Position numbers and translations under genes: made by a program. Below, piece after piece: positions 19,656 to 30,056 of a stretch of DNA of 64,000 nt. How positions within the stretch are numbered: the stretch's first letter is position 1; each line of letters starts with the position of its first letter. Source of the stretch: an uncultured Gammaproteobacteria bacterium (GTDB lineage Bacteria > Pseudomonadota > Gammaproteobacteria > Pseudomonadales > JAHEGP01); NCBI GenBank assembly GCA_963792875.1, contig CAWBXV010000007.1, forward strand, positions 48,361 to 112,360. Reading direction: 5' to 3'. The notes under the pieces are model-generated. The model was not told the origin of the DNA and made no database searches. It saw only the letters and a list, made by a program, of their open reading frames with translations.

Positions 19656-20144
19656 ATGCGAAGCCCCCGCCCCGCCACGCGCACGTCCCTGCCCGCCCTG
19701 GCGATCGCCCTCGCCGTCACGGCCTGCGGCAGACAGGAAGTCGGCGACGTGAGCCTCGGCATGTTCACCACCAAGGACATCAAGCTGGTGAGCTTTGAGG
19801 ATGCCATCGTCACGGGCGTGACCTGCCACGTCAGCCATATCGAGGCCGACCTCAATCTGGCCGACCCCTCCGACATGGCCATCGCCTGCCACCAGACCGG
19901 CCCCATCACGCGCGCGATGATCGACCAGGTCGCCGCCGGCAAATCCGGCGCAACCGTCTTCACCCAGTCCAAGAGCGTGCTGTTCAAATCACTCAAGATC
20001 CGCCGCATCTACGACGCCAAGAGCCAGACGCTGATTTATGTCGCGTACTCCACCAAGGAGTCCAGCGGCAGCCACAAGCACGCCATCAGCACCGTGCCGC
20101 TGTGGAACACCCCGGCCTGGCAGCCGCCGGCGGGCGGCGATTGA
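19656..20144 (+). CDS. creA: CreA family protein (periplasmic lipoprotein)
   Basis: It is colinear with E. coli CreA (VSFEDAIVTGVTCHVS, AIACHQTGPI, VLFKSLKIRRIYDAK..LIYVAYS). The lipobox is LAVTAC. Confidence 0.85.
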   Translation: MRSPRPATRTSLPALAIALAVTACGRQEVGDVSLGMFTTKDIKLVSFEDAIVTGVTCHVSHIEADLNLADPSDMAIACHQTGPITRAMIDQVAAGKSGATVFTQSKSVLFKSLKIRRIYDAKSQTLIYVAYSTKESSGSHKHAISTVPLWNTPAWQPPAGGD

Positions 20145-20173
20145 GGCGGGGCGCCGGGCCCCGCACACGATCT

Positions 20174-21073
20174 TCAGCCTTCCAGGCGCGTGTCGGCAGG
20201 CACGTTGCGCACGGCGGCGACGACGCAGGGCCGGGGGTTTGCGCCGCTGTAGAGCTCGAAGTGGCCGGGGTCCTTCACCGACGTTTTGACGGTGATGTCG
20301 CGACCGATATAGAGCGGCCCCTTGAATACAGCGTCACAACGGACCGGCTCCCAGAAATCGACGCCATCGATCTGTGAGACACCGCGTGACAGCGCCCACA
20401 TGCCGTGGCACAGGTCGCGCTCAAAACCGAAGGCCCGCGCCAGCCACCTGGATATATGGATGGGATTGAGATCCCGGGTCAGCCAGCCGTAGGACCTGCC
20501 GGTCTTTTTCGGCACCGCGAACGTGGTGAGCAACCGGGGGTCGTCGATATTCTCCAGGACCCCAGCCAACGCGCTGCCGGGGTCCGTCTCGTTGAAGCGG
20601 TTGCGAAACAGAAAGGTCGTCACGCTCTCCCACATCAGGCGCTCCCGCGAGCTGATCTCGGTCCTGAGGTCGACCTCCAGCCCCTGCGGGCAGCGCCGCT
20701 GCGCGCTGAAGTACAGCGTGGCGTCGCAGGCATCCCCCGGAAACAGCGGCAGATGCTGCAGGATGTGGTTGCGCACATGCAGGCCGCCCAGCACCCCCAG
20801 CGGAAAGCGCTCATCGGTCAGCATCAGCAGATGCAGCGGCCCGAACAGCGCGTGCGGAAACAGCAGCGGCAGCTGACCCCGGTGCAGGGGCACCTGACAG
20901 ACCCAGGCGTATTTCACGACGCGCTCCTGATCGAACTCCATCCCCTCCCAGTTCACCCGCGTCGACGGAATGTGATCGCCATCGTTGAAGCGCGGCCGCC
21001 GCCGCAGCGCCTTCAGATACAACGGCAGCGAACCTGGCAGTTCATCGACCGAATACGTAAGCCCCTCTTTCAC
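20174..21073 (-). CDS. MaoC-like (R-specific hydratase / double hot-dog) dehydratase family protein
   Basis: A MaoC-like motif, RDLNPIHISRWLARAFGFERDLCHGMW, is present. GTG 21073 follows GAGGAGG. Confidence 0.7.
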   Translation of the reverse strand: MKEGLTYSVDELPGSLPLYLKALRRRPRFNDGDHIPSTRVNWEGMEFDQERVVKYAWVCQVPLHRGQLPLLFPHALFGPLHLLMLTDERFPLGVLGGLHVRNHILQHLPLFPGDACDATLYFSAQRRCPQGLEVDLRTEISSRERLMWESVTTFLFRNRFNETDPGSALAGVLENIDDPRLLTTFAVPKKTGRSYGWLTRDLNPIHISRWLARAFGFERDLCHGMWALSRGVSQIDGVDFWEPVRCDAVFKGPLYIGRDITVKTSVKDPGHFELYSGANPRPCVVAAVRNVPADTRLEG

Positions 21074-21331
21074 CTGTCCTCCTCAATATTCCTCTGAATC
21101 CGTGTCACCGTGCCGCAGCCGCCGAGGTCTGGCCGCCCGCCGCGATCGCAGGCCGCGCGCCGCCTGGCGTTCGCTGCGCTGGGCGACTGTAGCATAAAAC
21201 GGCGCTGCGGGCGGCACGCCGGACACCCTGCCCCGCTGCGCGCCCGCCGGCCTGAAAACCATTGACACCAAGGTACCGAATAGGAGTAAGGTCATTAACG
21301 ATGGACCAATAATAATAACGGGGCCGCGGCA

Positions 21332-22360
21332 ATGCGTGCAGATCGGCGCTACCCTCAACAATCCGACTTGCGCTGCGTGGTGCTGCTCTCGGGCTGGCTC
21401 TGCATGGCACCTGCAGTCGCCGCCGATGCCACCGCTGCGGTGCACCCACTGGCGCGCCCCCCCGAGTCGCTGCTGCTGGATATCGCCCTGGCCGGCGAGC
21501 GCATGGTCGCCGTCGGCGAATACGGGCGCATCGTGTTCTCGGACGATGACGGGCTGAACTGGTCAGAGGCTCCCAGCCCCACCCGGCAGATGCTCACCAC
21601 GGTGTTCTTCACCTCTGCCAGGCAGGGCTGGGCCGCGGGCCACGATGGACTCATCCTGCAGACGCGCGACCGCGGCGACAGCTGGCAGCTGCAGCGCGAC
21701 GGCCTGGCCGGGCAGGACCCCCAGCAGCCGGCTACGGCGCCGGCGCCGCTGCTGGACATCTGGTTCCGGGACCCGCTGGAGGGCTGGGCCGTGGGCGCCT
21801 TCGGGACGCTGCTGCACACGCGCGACGGCGGACAGCGGTGGCTCGATCGCAGCCCGCTGATCGACAACGCTGAAGGCTACCACTACTACGGCATCGTCGG
21901 CGACGCCAGCGGCCGCATCCTGGTGGTCGGTGAGGCGGGCGGCTTGTACCGCAGCCTGGACGGCGGCGAACACTGGCAGACGCTGGACTCCCCCTACGCC
22001 GGCTCCTGGTTCGGCGTCGTCCACGCCACCGGCTCCAGCCGCGTCGCGGCATTCGGCCTGCAGGGGCACGTGGTCTACTCCAGCGATTTCGGCGCGAGCT
22101 GGCACAGCGCCCGCAGCGGGCAGCAGGGCAGCCTGGCCGGCGGCACCGTGGGGCGCGACGACGCTATCGTGCTGGTCGGCAGCATGGGCACGGTACTGCG
22201 CAGCGGCGCCCTCGCGGCGGGCTTCGACGCCATCGCCGCGCCGCAGCGGCGCAACCTCAGCGCGGTCTGCCGCAACGCCAGGGGCGAACTGTGGGCGGTG
22301 GGACAGGACGGCGTCACGCGCCTTGCGCCGCCTGATGCCGCCCCCGGGCCGGCCCCATGA
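21332..22360 (+). CDS. BNR / Ycf48-like beta-propeller repeat protein (secreted)
   Basis: It has a signal peptide and repeated S/T-x-D-x-G-x-x-W sialidase-type motifs (SDDDGLNW, TRDRGDSW, TRDGGQRW, SLDGGEHW, SSDFGASW). Its stop overlaps the next start as ATGA. Confidence 0.75.
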   Translation: MRADRRYPQQSDLRCVVLLSGWLCMAPAVAADATAAVHPLARPPESLLLDIALAGERMVAVGEYGRIVFSDDDGLNWSEAPSPTRQMLTTVFFTSARQGWAAGHDGLILQTRDRGDSWQLQRDGLAGQDPQQPATAPAPLLDIWFRDPLEGWAVGAFGTLLHTRDGGQRWLDRSPLIDNAEGYHYYGIVGDASGRILVVGEAGGLYRSLDGGEHWQTLDSPYAGSWFGVVHATGSSRVAAFGLQGHVVYSSDFGASWHSARSGQQGSLAGGTVGRDDAIVLVGSMGTVLRSGALAAGFDAIAAPQRRNLSAVCRNARGELWAVGQDGVTRLAPPDAAPGPAP

Positions 22361-24801
22361 CGCGCAGCGGGCACCGGGACCCGGTGGCGCCGCCAGCCTC
22401 CCTCGACCAGGGGGACCGCGCCGGCGGCCTTGCGGCGCTGCTGGAGGCGCTGATCTTCAACCGGCGCCGGCCGCTGCTGGCCGTGTTCCTGCTGGTGACG
22501 CTGGCGCTGGGCTACCAGGCGGCGCGGCTGCAGCCGGATGCCAGCTTCGAGAAGATGATTCCGCTTGGGCACCCCTATGTTCAGGCGTTCATGCGCCACG
22601 CCGAAGACCTGGGCGCTGCCGGCACCAGCATCCGGGTGGCAGTGGAGCACGTCGACGGCGACATTTTCGACGCCGCCTACCTTGACGCCCTGCGGCGCAT
22701 CAACGATGAAGTGTTCTACCTGCCCGGCGTCGATCGCAACCGCCTGCGCTCGCTGTGGACGCCCAATGTGCGCTGGACCGAGGTCACCGAGCAGGGCTTC
22801 GAAGGCGACAAGGTGATCGACGCCAGCTACGACGGCTCGGCAGCCGCGATGGAGCACCTGCGGCTGAATATTCTGCGCTCCGGCGAACTCGGCCGCCTGG
22901 TCGCCGACAACTATGGCTCCAGCATCATCGAGGCGCCGCTATTCGATCGCGACCCCAGGAGCGGCGAGCCGCTGGACTACTGGGCGCTGTCGCACGCGCT
23001 GGAAGAAAGGGTCCGCGACCAGTACCAGGACGAGGACATCCGCATCCACATCGTCGGCTTCGCCAAGATGATCGGCGACCTGCTCGACGGCGTCACCGCG
23101 ATCGCCGCCTTTGCCGTGATCACCCTGCTGATCACCAGCGCGCTGCTGGCGGCCTATTCCCACAGCATCAGCTGCACGATCGCGCCGCTGCTGTGCTCGG
23201 GCGTGGCCGTGGTGTGGCAGCTGGGATTGCTGCGGAGCCTGGGCTACGGGCTCAACGCCTATTCCATTCTCATGCCCTTCCTGATCTTTGCCATCGGCGT
23301 CAGCCATGGCGTGCAGGTCATCAACGCCGTCGCCATCGAGCTGGCGCCCACCGCCAGCCCGACCGCGGCGTCCCGCCTGCAGGCCGCCCGCCGCGCCTTC
23401 CGCACTATCTACCTGCCCGGCATGACCGCCCTGATCTCCGACGCCTTCGGCTTCACCACCATGATGCTGATCGACATCGCGGTGATCCGGGAACTCGGCG
23501 TCGCGGCCAGTATCGGCGTGGCGGCGATCATCCTGACCAACCTCGTGCTGCTGCCCATCATCATGTCCTACGTCGGCATTTCCGCCAGGGGCCTGCAGCG
23601 GCTCTGCGGCACCCGGCCCTGGGAGGAGCGGCTGTGGCGGCGCCTGGCAGGGTTCGCCAGCCGCAGAACGGCGCCGCTGTCAATCGCCGTCGCGCTGGCG
23701 GGCTTCGCCGTGGGCGCCATCGGCGACCGCCATCTGCAGATCGGCGATCTCGACCCCGGCGCACCGGAGCTGCGCCCCGACTCCCGCTACAACCGCGACG
23801 GCCAGTTCGTGGCGGACCACTATACCATCAGCCCGGACGCGCTGGTGGTGATGGTCGAGACCGCCACGGAACAGTGTTCGCGCTATGACAATATGGCCAC
23901 CGTGGACCGCTTCACCTGGGCGATGACCAACACCCCGGGCGTCGATTCCGCGGTGGCCGCGACCACCGTGGTGAAGCTGGTGGCGATGGGCTACAACGAG
24001 GGCAATCTCAAGTGGGCCACCATCCCCAGGGACCAGCGCGCGCTCGACGAGACCTTCGGCATGATCCCGCGCGAGCTGGTAAACCACGACTGCAGCCTGC
24101 TGCCGGTCGCCCTGTTTCTGAGCGATCACAAGGCGCAGACGCTGCAGGGCGTCGTCGAGGCCGTCGAGGGGTTTGCCGCCGCCAACGACCGCCCGGACCT
24201 GCGCTTCGTGCTGGCTGCGGGCAATGCCGGCATCGAAGCCGCCACCAATCAGGAGATCGACAAGGCGCGCCTGCACATGCTGCTGCTGATCTATGCCGCC
24301 GTCTGCGTGCTGATCTGGCTCGGCTTCCGCTCCTGGCGCGCGGTGGTGTGCATCACCGTGCCGCTGATGCTCACGTCGTCGCTCTGCCACGCCCTGATGG
24401 CGAGCCTTGGCATCGGCGTGAAGGTGGCGACGCTGCCGGTGATCGCGCTGGGCGTGGGCGTCGGCGTCGACTACGGCATCTATATCTACAGCCGCCTGGA
24501 GCGCTTCCTGCGCGAGGGCATGCCGCTGCAGCAGGCGTATTGCGCCACGCTCGGGACCACGGGCAAGGCCGTGGCCTTCACCGCCGTGGCGCTGTCGATC
24601 GGCGTGACCACCTGGATCGCCTCACCCATCAAGTTTCAAGCGGACATGGGCAAGCTGCTCACGTTCATGTTTCTGTGGAATATGCTGGGCGCGTTGTGGC
24701 TGCTGCCGGCGCTGGCCAGCTACCTGCTGAAACCGGAGCCGCATCGCCCCGGCGCCCCCACACTGGGCACTAGCGCGGGCACCGCTCGCGAGGAGGGATA
24801 G
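22357..24801 (+). CDS. RND-superfamily exporter (MMPL-type, two 6-TM bundles)
   Basis: The 814-aa product has two hydrophobic blocks separated by soluble loops. The sequence is typical of the predicted-exporter RND family. It is translationally coupled to the upstream gene (ATGA). Confidence 0.85.
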   Translation: MTRSGHRDPVAPPASLDQGDRAGGLAALLEALIFNRRRPLLAVFLLVTLALGYQAARLQPDASFEKMIPLGHPYVQAFMRHAEDLGAAGTSIRVAVEHVDGDIFDAAYLDALRRINDEVFYLPGVDRNRLRSLWTPNVRWTEVTEQGFEGDKVIDASYDGSAAAMEHLRLNILRSGELGRLVADNYGSSIIEAPLFDRDPRSGEPLDYWALSHALEERVRDQYQDEDIRIHIVGFAKMIGDLLDGVTAIAAFAVITLLITSALLAAYSHSISCTIAPLLCSGVAVVWQLGLLRSLGYGLNAYSILMPFLIFAIGVSHGVQVINAVAIELAPTASPTAASRLQAARRAFRTIYLPGMTALISDAFGFTTMMLIDIAVIRELGVAASIGVAAIILTNLVLLPIIMSYVGISARGLQRLCGTRPWEERLWRRLAGFASRRTAPLSIAVALAGFAVGAIGDRHLQIGDLDPGAPELRPDSRYNRDGQFVADHYTISPDALVVMVETATEQCSRYDNMATVDRFTWAMTNTPGVDSAVAATTVVKLVAMGYNEGNLKWATIPRDQRALDETFGMIPRELVNHDCSLLPVALFLSDHKAQTLQGVVEAVEGFAAANDRPDLRFVLAAGNAGIEAATNQEIDKARLHMLLLIYAAVCVLIWLGFRSWRAVVCITVPLMLTSSLCHALMASLGIGVKVATLPVIALGVGVGVDYGIYIYSRLERFLREGMPLQQAYCATLGTTGKAVAFTAVALSIGVTTWIASPIKFQADMGKLLTFMFLWNMLGALWLLPALASYLLKPEPHRPGAPTLGTSAGTAREEG

Positions 24802-24804
24802 GAC

Positions 24805-26556
24805 ATGACCCGACAGCACCGACCTATGCGTTTCGCCCCAGCGGCCGCCCGGGCCCTCGCCCTCGCCGTGGGCAGCCTGGCCCCGGCCCCGCTGGTGGCG
24901 CTGTCCTTCGAGTTCGGCGAGGACACCCGGCTGGATTTCGACACCAGCCTGTTCTATACCGCGCAGTGGCGCCTGGAGAAACCCAGCACCTACCGCCTCA
25001 GCCCGGACGTCAGCGGCCAGAGGCTGCCGCAGGAGGCCGCGGCCCTGTTCGAGGCCGCCAACAACGACGACGGCAACCGCAACTTCGACCGCGGCCTCAC
25101 TTCGAACAAGCTCACCGCCGTCATCGACCTCGACCTCAGCTGGCGCAATCTTGGCGTCTTTCTGCGCGGCCGCGCCTACTACGACACCGTGTACGCCGAT
25201 CGCAGCACCGACATGGACGCCGTCGGCTACCAGACCTACAACAGCGGCGATGCGCTGTGCTGCGCCATCCCACCGGTGATACCCCGCCCCAGCTCGATCG
25301 ACGGCGGTACTGCGCTGGGTGACTTCCCGGCCGACACCGTCGCCCTGCACGGCCGCAAAGCCGAACTGCTCGATGCCTTTGTCTACGGCACCTTCAACCT
25401 GCCGGGTTCGCGGCTGTTCGAATTCCGCGTGGGCAGTCAGGTGATCAACTGGGGCGAGACGACCATCGCGCCGGGCATCAACGGCCTGCAGAACCGCATC
25501 GACACCATCGCCGGCAACACCGCCGGTGCGGAGCTGCGGGAGATCTTCCTGCCGACCGGGGCGGTCTACGGCCAGCTCGACGTGCTCAGCAACCTGACGG
25601 CGGAGGCCTACTACCAGTACCAGTGGATCGAGACGCGCCTCAATGGCGTCGGCAGTTACTTCGGCGGCACCTACACCCCGGATTTCGTCGGTGAGGGTTC
25701 GCGCAATCTGCTGATCAGCTCGGGCGCCTACAACCCGGACGGCAGTATCAATATCGCCGCGGTAGCGTCCCGGACCGGGGACATCGAGCCAACCGACCGT
25801 GGCCAGTGGGGTGCGGCGCTGCACTATCTGACCGACGGCGGCACGGATTTCGGGCTGTACGCGGTGACCGGCCACGACAGGAATCCCAGCGTACTGCTCA
25901 ACGAGCCCGTGCTCAGCGAGTCCGGTGTTTCGGACCCGAAGCAGCTGATCGCGTATTTCCTCAATCAATTCAGCGAGGAACTGGTCCCGGGCAGCTATAC
26001 GGTGCGCTACTTCGACTACATCCGCAGCTACGCCGCCAGCTTCACCAGCGTCTGGGGCCGCGCCAACGTGCAGGGCGAACTCACCTACCTGGCCAACACG
26101 CCCATCTACGACGCGAGCGGCACGCCGGAGCGCACTCCGGTGACCAAGTTCAACTTCGGCACCACGTTCGTGGTGACGCCGACCGCGCTGTGGGACGACC
26201 TGACGCTGCTGGCCGAGGTCGCCGGCCTGCGGGCCATCGGCAAGTCCAACGACGAGCTGCGTTACGACGCCAGCGCCTGGGGCTATTTCCTGCGGGCCCA
26301 GGCCGCCTACAACAACGTGCTGCAGGGCCTGGACCTGGCGGTGCCGATCATCTTCCAGCACAGCGCCCGCGGCAATTTCCGCGGCGCCAGCGCCTTCTAC
26401 GTCGAGAACGCCAAGGTGGCCAGCATCGGCCTGCAGGGCACCTATCTCAACAAGTTCATCGCGTCAGTCATCTACACCAATTACTTCGACGGCGGCAGGG
26501 ACAACCTGCTGGCCGACCGGGACAACATCGCCCTGAACCTCAAGTACTCCTTCTGA
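24805..26556 (+). CDS. DUF1302 family outer-membrane protein
   Basis: It has a signal peptide followed by FEFGEDTRLDFDTSLFYTAQWRL. The C-terminus ends ...NLKYSF, like an OM beta-barrel. It starts 3 nt after the RND stop. Confidence 0.8.
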   Translation: MTRQHRPMRFAPAAARALALAVGSLAPAPLVALSFEFGEDTRLDFDTSLFYTAQWRLEKPSTYRLSPDVSGQRLPQEAAALFEAANNDDGNRNFDRGLTSNKLTAVIDLDLSWRNLGVFLRGRAYYDTVYADRSTDMDAVGYQTYNSGDALCCAIPPVIPRPSSIDGGTALGDFPADTVALHGRKAELLDAFVYGTFNLPGSRLFEFRVGSQVINWGETTIAPGINGLQNRIDTIAGNTAGAELREIFLPTGAVYGQLDVLSNLTAEAYYQYQWIETRLNGVGSYFGGTYTPDFVGEGSRNLLISSGAYNPDGSINIAAVASRTGDIEPTDRGQWGAALHYLTDGGTDFGLYAVTGHDRNPSVLLNEPVLSESGVSDPKQLIAYFLNQFSEELVPGSYTVRYFDYIRSYAASFTSVWGRANVQGELTYLANTPIYDASGTPERTPVTKFNFGTTFVVTPTALWDDLTLLAEVAGLRAIGKSNDELRYDASAWGYFLRAQAAYNNVLQGLDLAVPIIFQHSARGNFRGASAFYVENAKVASIGLQGTYLNKFIASVIYTNYFDGGRDNLLADRDNIALNLKYSF

Positions 26557-26584
26557 ACGGCTCGCAGCCGGGAGGTCTTCGATC

Positions 26585-27985
26585 ATGAACAGGCACACTC
26601 TGCACACCCGGACCCTGACCGCCTTCGCGCTGGCCGCCGGCACCCTGGCGATCCCGCTGGCCGAGGCCCGCGTTCCGGCCGAACAGGCCGCTCAGCTCGG
26701 CACGACGCTGACGCCCCTGGGTGCCACCCGGGCCGGCAACGCCGACGGCAGCATTCCGGCGTGGACCGGCACACTCTATGGCCTGCCCAAGGGGCTGCAA
26801 TGGGCCGGCCCCGGCAACCCCTACCCCGACCCCTACGGCAACGAAAAGCCGCTGTTCGTCATCACCGCCCAGACCGCGGCGAAGTACGCCGATCACCTGA
26901 CCGATGGCCAGCGCGCGCTGTTCAAGGCCTACCCCGACACCTTCCGCATGCCGGTGTACCCCAGCCACCGCGACGCGCGCTTCCCGGACATCTACTACCA
27001 GCGCGTGGCACGCAATGCGGTGGAGGCCGAGCTGGTCAACGATGACGAGGGCATCAAGGGATATCACGGCGCGCTCGCCTTCCCGATCCCGCAGAGCGGC
27101 GCCGAGGTCATCTGGAGCGCCCGCACGGCCGAACCCGTACACGTCTACGAGGGCGTGTACAACGACACCACGGTCTACCCCAATGGCACTACCGCCAACC
27201 GGCGCTCCTCGCTGTACCTGCTCAATCCCTATGCCGATCCCAGGGTGCCGGTCAGCGTCGAGTACCCTGAACTCGGCAACTACCAGGGTTACGTGATGAC
27301 CGAGGTGTTCGAGCCCACCCGCGACAAGGGCATGATCACCTCGATCCTGGAGCCCATCGACTACAGCGCCTACGCCCGCGAAGTGTGGCGCTACCTGCCC
27401 GGCTCGCGCCGCGTCAGGCGCGCTCCCACGGTGGGCTACGACACGCCGGACGGCCCCGGCGGACTGGTCACCATCGACGAGGTACAGGGATTCAACGGGG
27501 CCATGGACCGCTTCAGCTGGAAGCTGCTGGGCAAACAGGAGATCTATATTCCCTATCACGCCTACCGCTTCGACGACCCTGCGGTCAGCTACAAGGAGCT
27601 GCTGACCCCCTATCACGTCAACCCGGACTACATGCGTTACGAACTGCACCGGGTGTGGGCGGTGGAGGCCACGCTGCGACCGGGCAAGCGCCACATCTAC
27701 GGCAAGCGGCGCATCTATGTCGACGAGGACAGCGGCCAGGTGGTGGTGACGGAGAACTACGACGGGCGCGGCGAGCTGTGGAAGGTGGTGCTGCTCAACA
27801 CCTTCTACGAATACCACAGCCGCTACACGGTGCGCCGCGCCGAGGTCTACCATGACCTGCGCGCGGCAGCCTACATCGCCATGCGCCTGGTCAACGACGG
27901 CAGGCCCTTCACCTACAACGTCGCCAAGCCGCGCGACGCGGACTACTTCGGCCCCGCCAATATCCGCAAACTGGGGCGCCGCTGA
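26585..27985 (+). CDS. DUF1329 family (LolA-like fold) periplasmic protein
   Basis: It has a signal peptide and the hallmark LTPLGATRAGNADGSIPAWTG. It is the fourth gene of the conserved module. Confidence 0.8.
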   Translation: MNRHTLHTRTLTAFALAAGTLAIPLAEARVPAEQAAQLGTTLTPLGATRAGNADGSIPAWTGTLYGLPKGLQWAGPGNPYPDPYGNEKPLFVITAQTAAKYADHLTDGQRALFKAYPDTFRMPVYPSHRDARFPDIYYQRVARNAVEAELVNDDEGIKGYHGALAFPIPQSGAEVIWSARTAEPVHVYEGVYNDTTVYPNGTTANRRSSLYLLNPYADPRVPVSVEYPELGNYQGYVMTEVFEPTRDKGMITSILEPIDYSAYAREVWRYLPGSRRVRRAPTVGYDTPDGPGGLVTIDEVQGFNGAMDRFSWKLLGKQEIYIPYHAYRFDDPAVSYKELLTPYHVNPDYMRYELHRVWAVEATLRPGKRHIYGKRRIYVDEDSGQVVVTENYDGRGELWKVVLLNTFYEYHSRYTVRRAEVYHDLRAAAYIAMRLVNDGRPFTYNVAKPRDADYFGPANIRKLGRR

Positions 27986-28027
27986 GTCCCTGCGGCGGCG
28001 GGCCGACCGCTGCCGATGCGGGTCGGT

Positions 28028-28942
28028 TCAGCCGAAGCGCTGGGCCGACCTGAGTTCGTAAGCGGCATCGACGCCCTGCTCGTTGGCTGCATCGCGCACG
28101 CGCACCCATCCCCTGCCGGCGACCGCCTGCCAGAATACGAGAAAATCCAGGGTGATCTTCTGCTCGATGGGCAGCGCCTCGCGCGTCGGACAGAAGATGG
28201 TCACAGTGAACACCAGCTTGCCGACGCTGTCGGTGGCGATGCGCACCGAGGGCTCCGGCTTGATGCCCTTGACGCCCAGCCGCTTCTCGATCAACTGACT
28301 GTAGCGGGACGCCACATCGATGAACGGCTGGCAGGCCACATTGGCCTGATCGAGCAGCAGCGCGGTGGCCTCCGCGACATCGACGGCGGACTCCGGGTCC
28401 TGCACGATGGCGAAGGAGTGGGCGACGTAGCGCCGCTGGAAATTGAGATTGACCACCGGCATCGTGACAAACTGGCTGTTGGGAATGACCACGGTCTTGC
28501 CGGTATAGGCGTAGCAACGCGATGTCATGTCGATCTCCAGCAGCGTCGTGCTGAGCCAGTCGCTGCGCACGACCTGACCGGTGTCGTCGCCGACGGTGAT
28601 CCAGTCGCCCACGGTGAAGGCGCCGGTGCCGGCGTGGAACAAGCCCCCGAGGAAGCACTGGATGAACTCCCGCGTGGCCACTACCAGGGCCACCGCGAAG
28701 GCGGCGATGGACAGCGCCACGTAGCGCAGCTCCGTCAGCCAGATCATCACCAGGCCCGCGGCAATGACCAGGTGAGAGAGGTTCTTGACGCGGTTGATCC
28801 AGCGCCTGGGCAGTTCCTCCTCGTCCTCCGGCAGGCGACCGAGGTGGCGCACGATCAGCCACTTCAGCAGCAGCATCATGACGACGAAGACCACGGAACC
28901 CATCAGTTTGGGTTCGACGATCAAGACATTCATACTCCCCAT
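28028..28942 (-). CDS. Mechanosensitive ion channel (MscS family)
   Basis: The TM3 and beta-domain region reads FTVGDWITVGDDTGQVVRSDWLSTTLLEIDMT...GKTVVIPNSQF. The start is uncertain, at 28942 or 28933. Confidence 0.8.
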   Translation of the reverse strand: MGSMNVLIVEPKLMGSVVFVVMMLLLKWLIVRHLGRLPEDEEELPRRWINRVKNLSHLVIAAGLVMIWLTELRYVALSIAAFAVALVVATREFIQCFLGGLFHAGTGAFTVGDWITVGDDTGQVVRSDWLSTTLLEIDMTSRCYAYTGKTVVIPNSQFVTMPVVNLNFQRRYVAHSFAIVQDPESAVDVAEATALLLDQANVACQPFIDVASRYSQLIEKRLGVKGIKPEPSVRIATDSVGKLVFTVTIFCPTREALPIEQKITLDFLVFWQAVAGRGWVRVRDAANEQGVDAAYELRSAQRFG

Positions 28943-28974
28943 CCTTCAAACCGCGCGCCGCGGATAGCGGCAGG

Positions 28975-29943
28975 TCACAGCCAGCGCTTGCGGCGCACGA
29001 CCAGCATCGCCGCCGTGACGATGGCCGCCATAAAACCCAGCACGAAGAAATAGCCGTGCCGCCAGTGGAGTTCCGGCATATTGTCGAAATTCATGCCATA
29101 GATTCCCGCCACCAGCGTGAGCGGCAGGAAGATGGCGGTGAGGATGGTCAGCACCTTCATGATCTCGTTCATGCGGTGCGAGCTGACCGAGATAAACCCG
29201 CTGATCAGATCCCGCACCAGCTCCTGATACAGGTTGGCAAGGCTGGCCAGGCGCTTGAAGTGGTCCAGCAGGTCGGTGAGTTCGTGTTCATCGAAATCGA
29301 GGATCACCGGGGTCGGATTGCGGCACAACTCCTCGATCACATCCCGCTGAAAGACGAACGAGCGCTGCGCCTTTTTCAGCTGCGCGCCGTAGTTGATCAG
29401 CTCCGACAGCAATTCATCGTCGCTGGACTCAAATATCTCGTCTTCGATGGCGCTCAGCCGCTGTTCCACCTCGTACATCAACGGCGTGTAGCGGTCGACG
29501 ATACCGCGCAGCAGCACATAGCACAGGTGTCCGATGCCCCCCGGCGCCAGCCTGCCGGCCTGCGCCACCTTGCGCCAGTACTGCTCCACCCCGGGCGAAG
29601 GGGAGATGTGGCGGGTGATGAGATAGCCATTGTTGGCGAACAGGGACAGCGGCTGGCGCGAGATCGCGGTGTGGCTGGCATCGATCACCAGCTCGTGCAT
29701 GACCATGAAGATGTGCTCGTCGAAAGCTTCGTACTTGGGCGGGTGGCGCGGCCGCTGAGAGTCCCGGTGGGCCAGCGGGTTGAGCTCGAACGCATCGAGC
29801 ACCCGCAGCATCTCGGGCGTGTCATCGCCCTGGACATCCAGCCACAGAAACTGCCCGGGGCCGCGGAAGGCCGCCGCCAGCGCGACGCCGCCCTCCTCCA
29901 GCAGCTCGCCGGCAGCATTGAACAGCATGGTTCTGATCGTCAT
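28975..29943 (-). CDS. corA: CorA family magnesium/cobalt transporter
   Basis: The C-terminal two TM helices carry the YGMNF (GMN) motif. The length of 322 aa fits. Confidence 0.85.
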   Translation of the reverse strand: MTIRTMLFNAAGELLEEGGVALAAAFRGPGQFLWLDVQGDDTPEMLRVLDAFELNPLAHRDSQRPRHPPKYEAFDEHIFMVMHELVIDASHTAISRQPLSLFANNGYLITRHISPSPGVEQYWRKVAQAGRLAPGGIGHLCYVLLRGIVDRYTPLMYEVEQRLSAIEDEIFESSDDELLSELINYGAQLKKAQRSFVFQRDVIEELCRNPTPVILDFDEHELTDLLDHFKRLASLANLYQELVRDLISGFISVSSHRMNEIMKVLTILTAIFLPLTLVAGIYGMNFDNMPELHWRHGYFFVLGFMAAIVTAAMLVVRRKRWL

Positions 29944-30056
29944 CGTCTCGCTTCGCGTTACCTGGCCTGATGCACCGGAACGCCCACCGCGCCGACCGTG
30001 GCGGGGGCAATTCGGAAAGTATAGTGCGTGTCTCCGGCGTCGGCGCGGGCGATGCG

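Noticed and set aside
20146-20164. A GC hairpin (GCGGGGC / GCCCCGC) between the convergent creA and MaoC genes.
   Set aside because: It is a plausible stem. With no U-run on either strand I cannot support calling it an intrinsic terminator.
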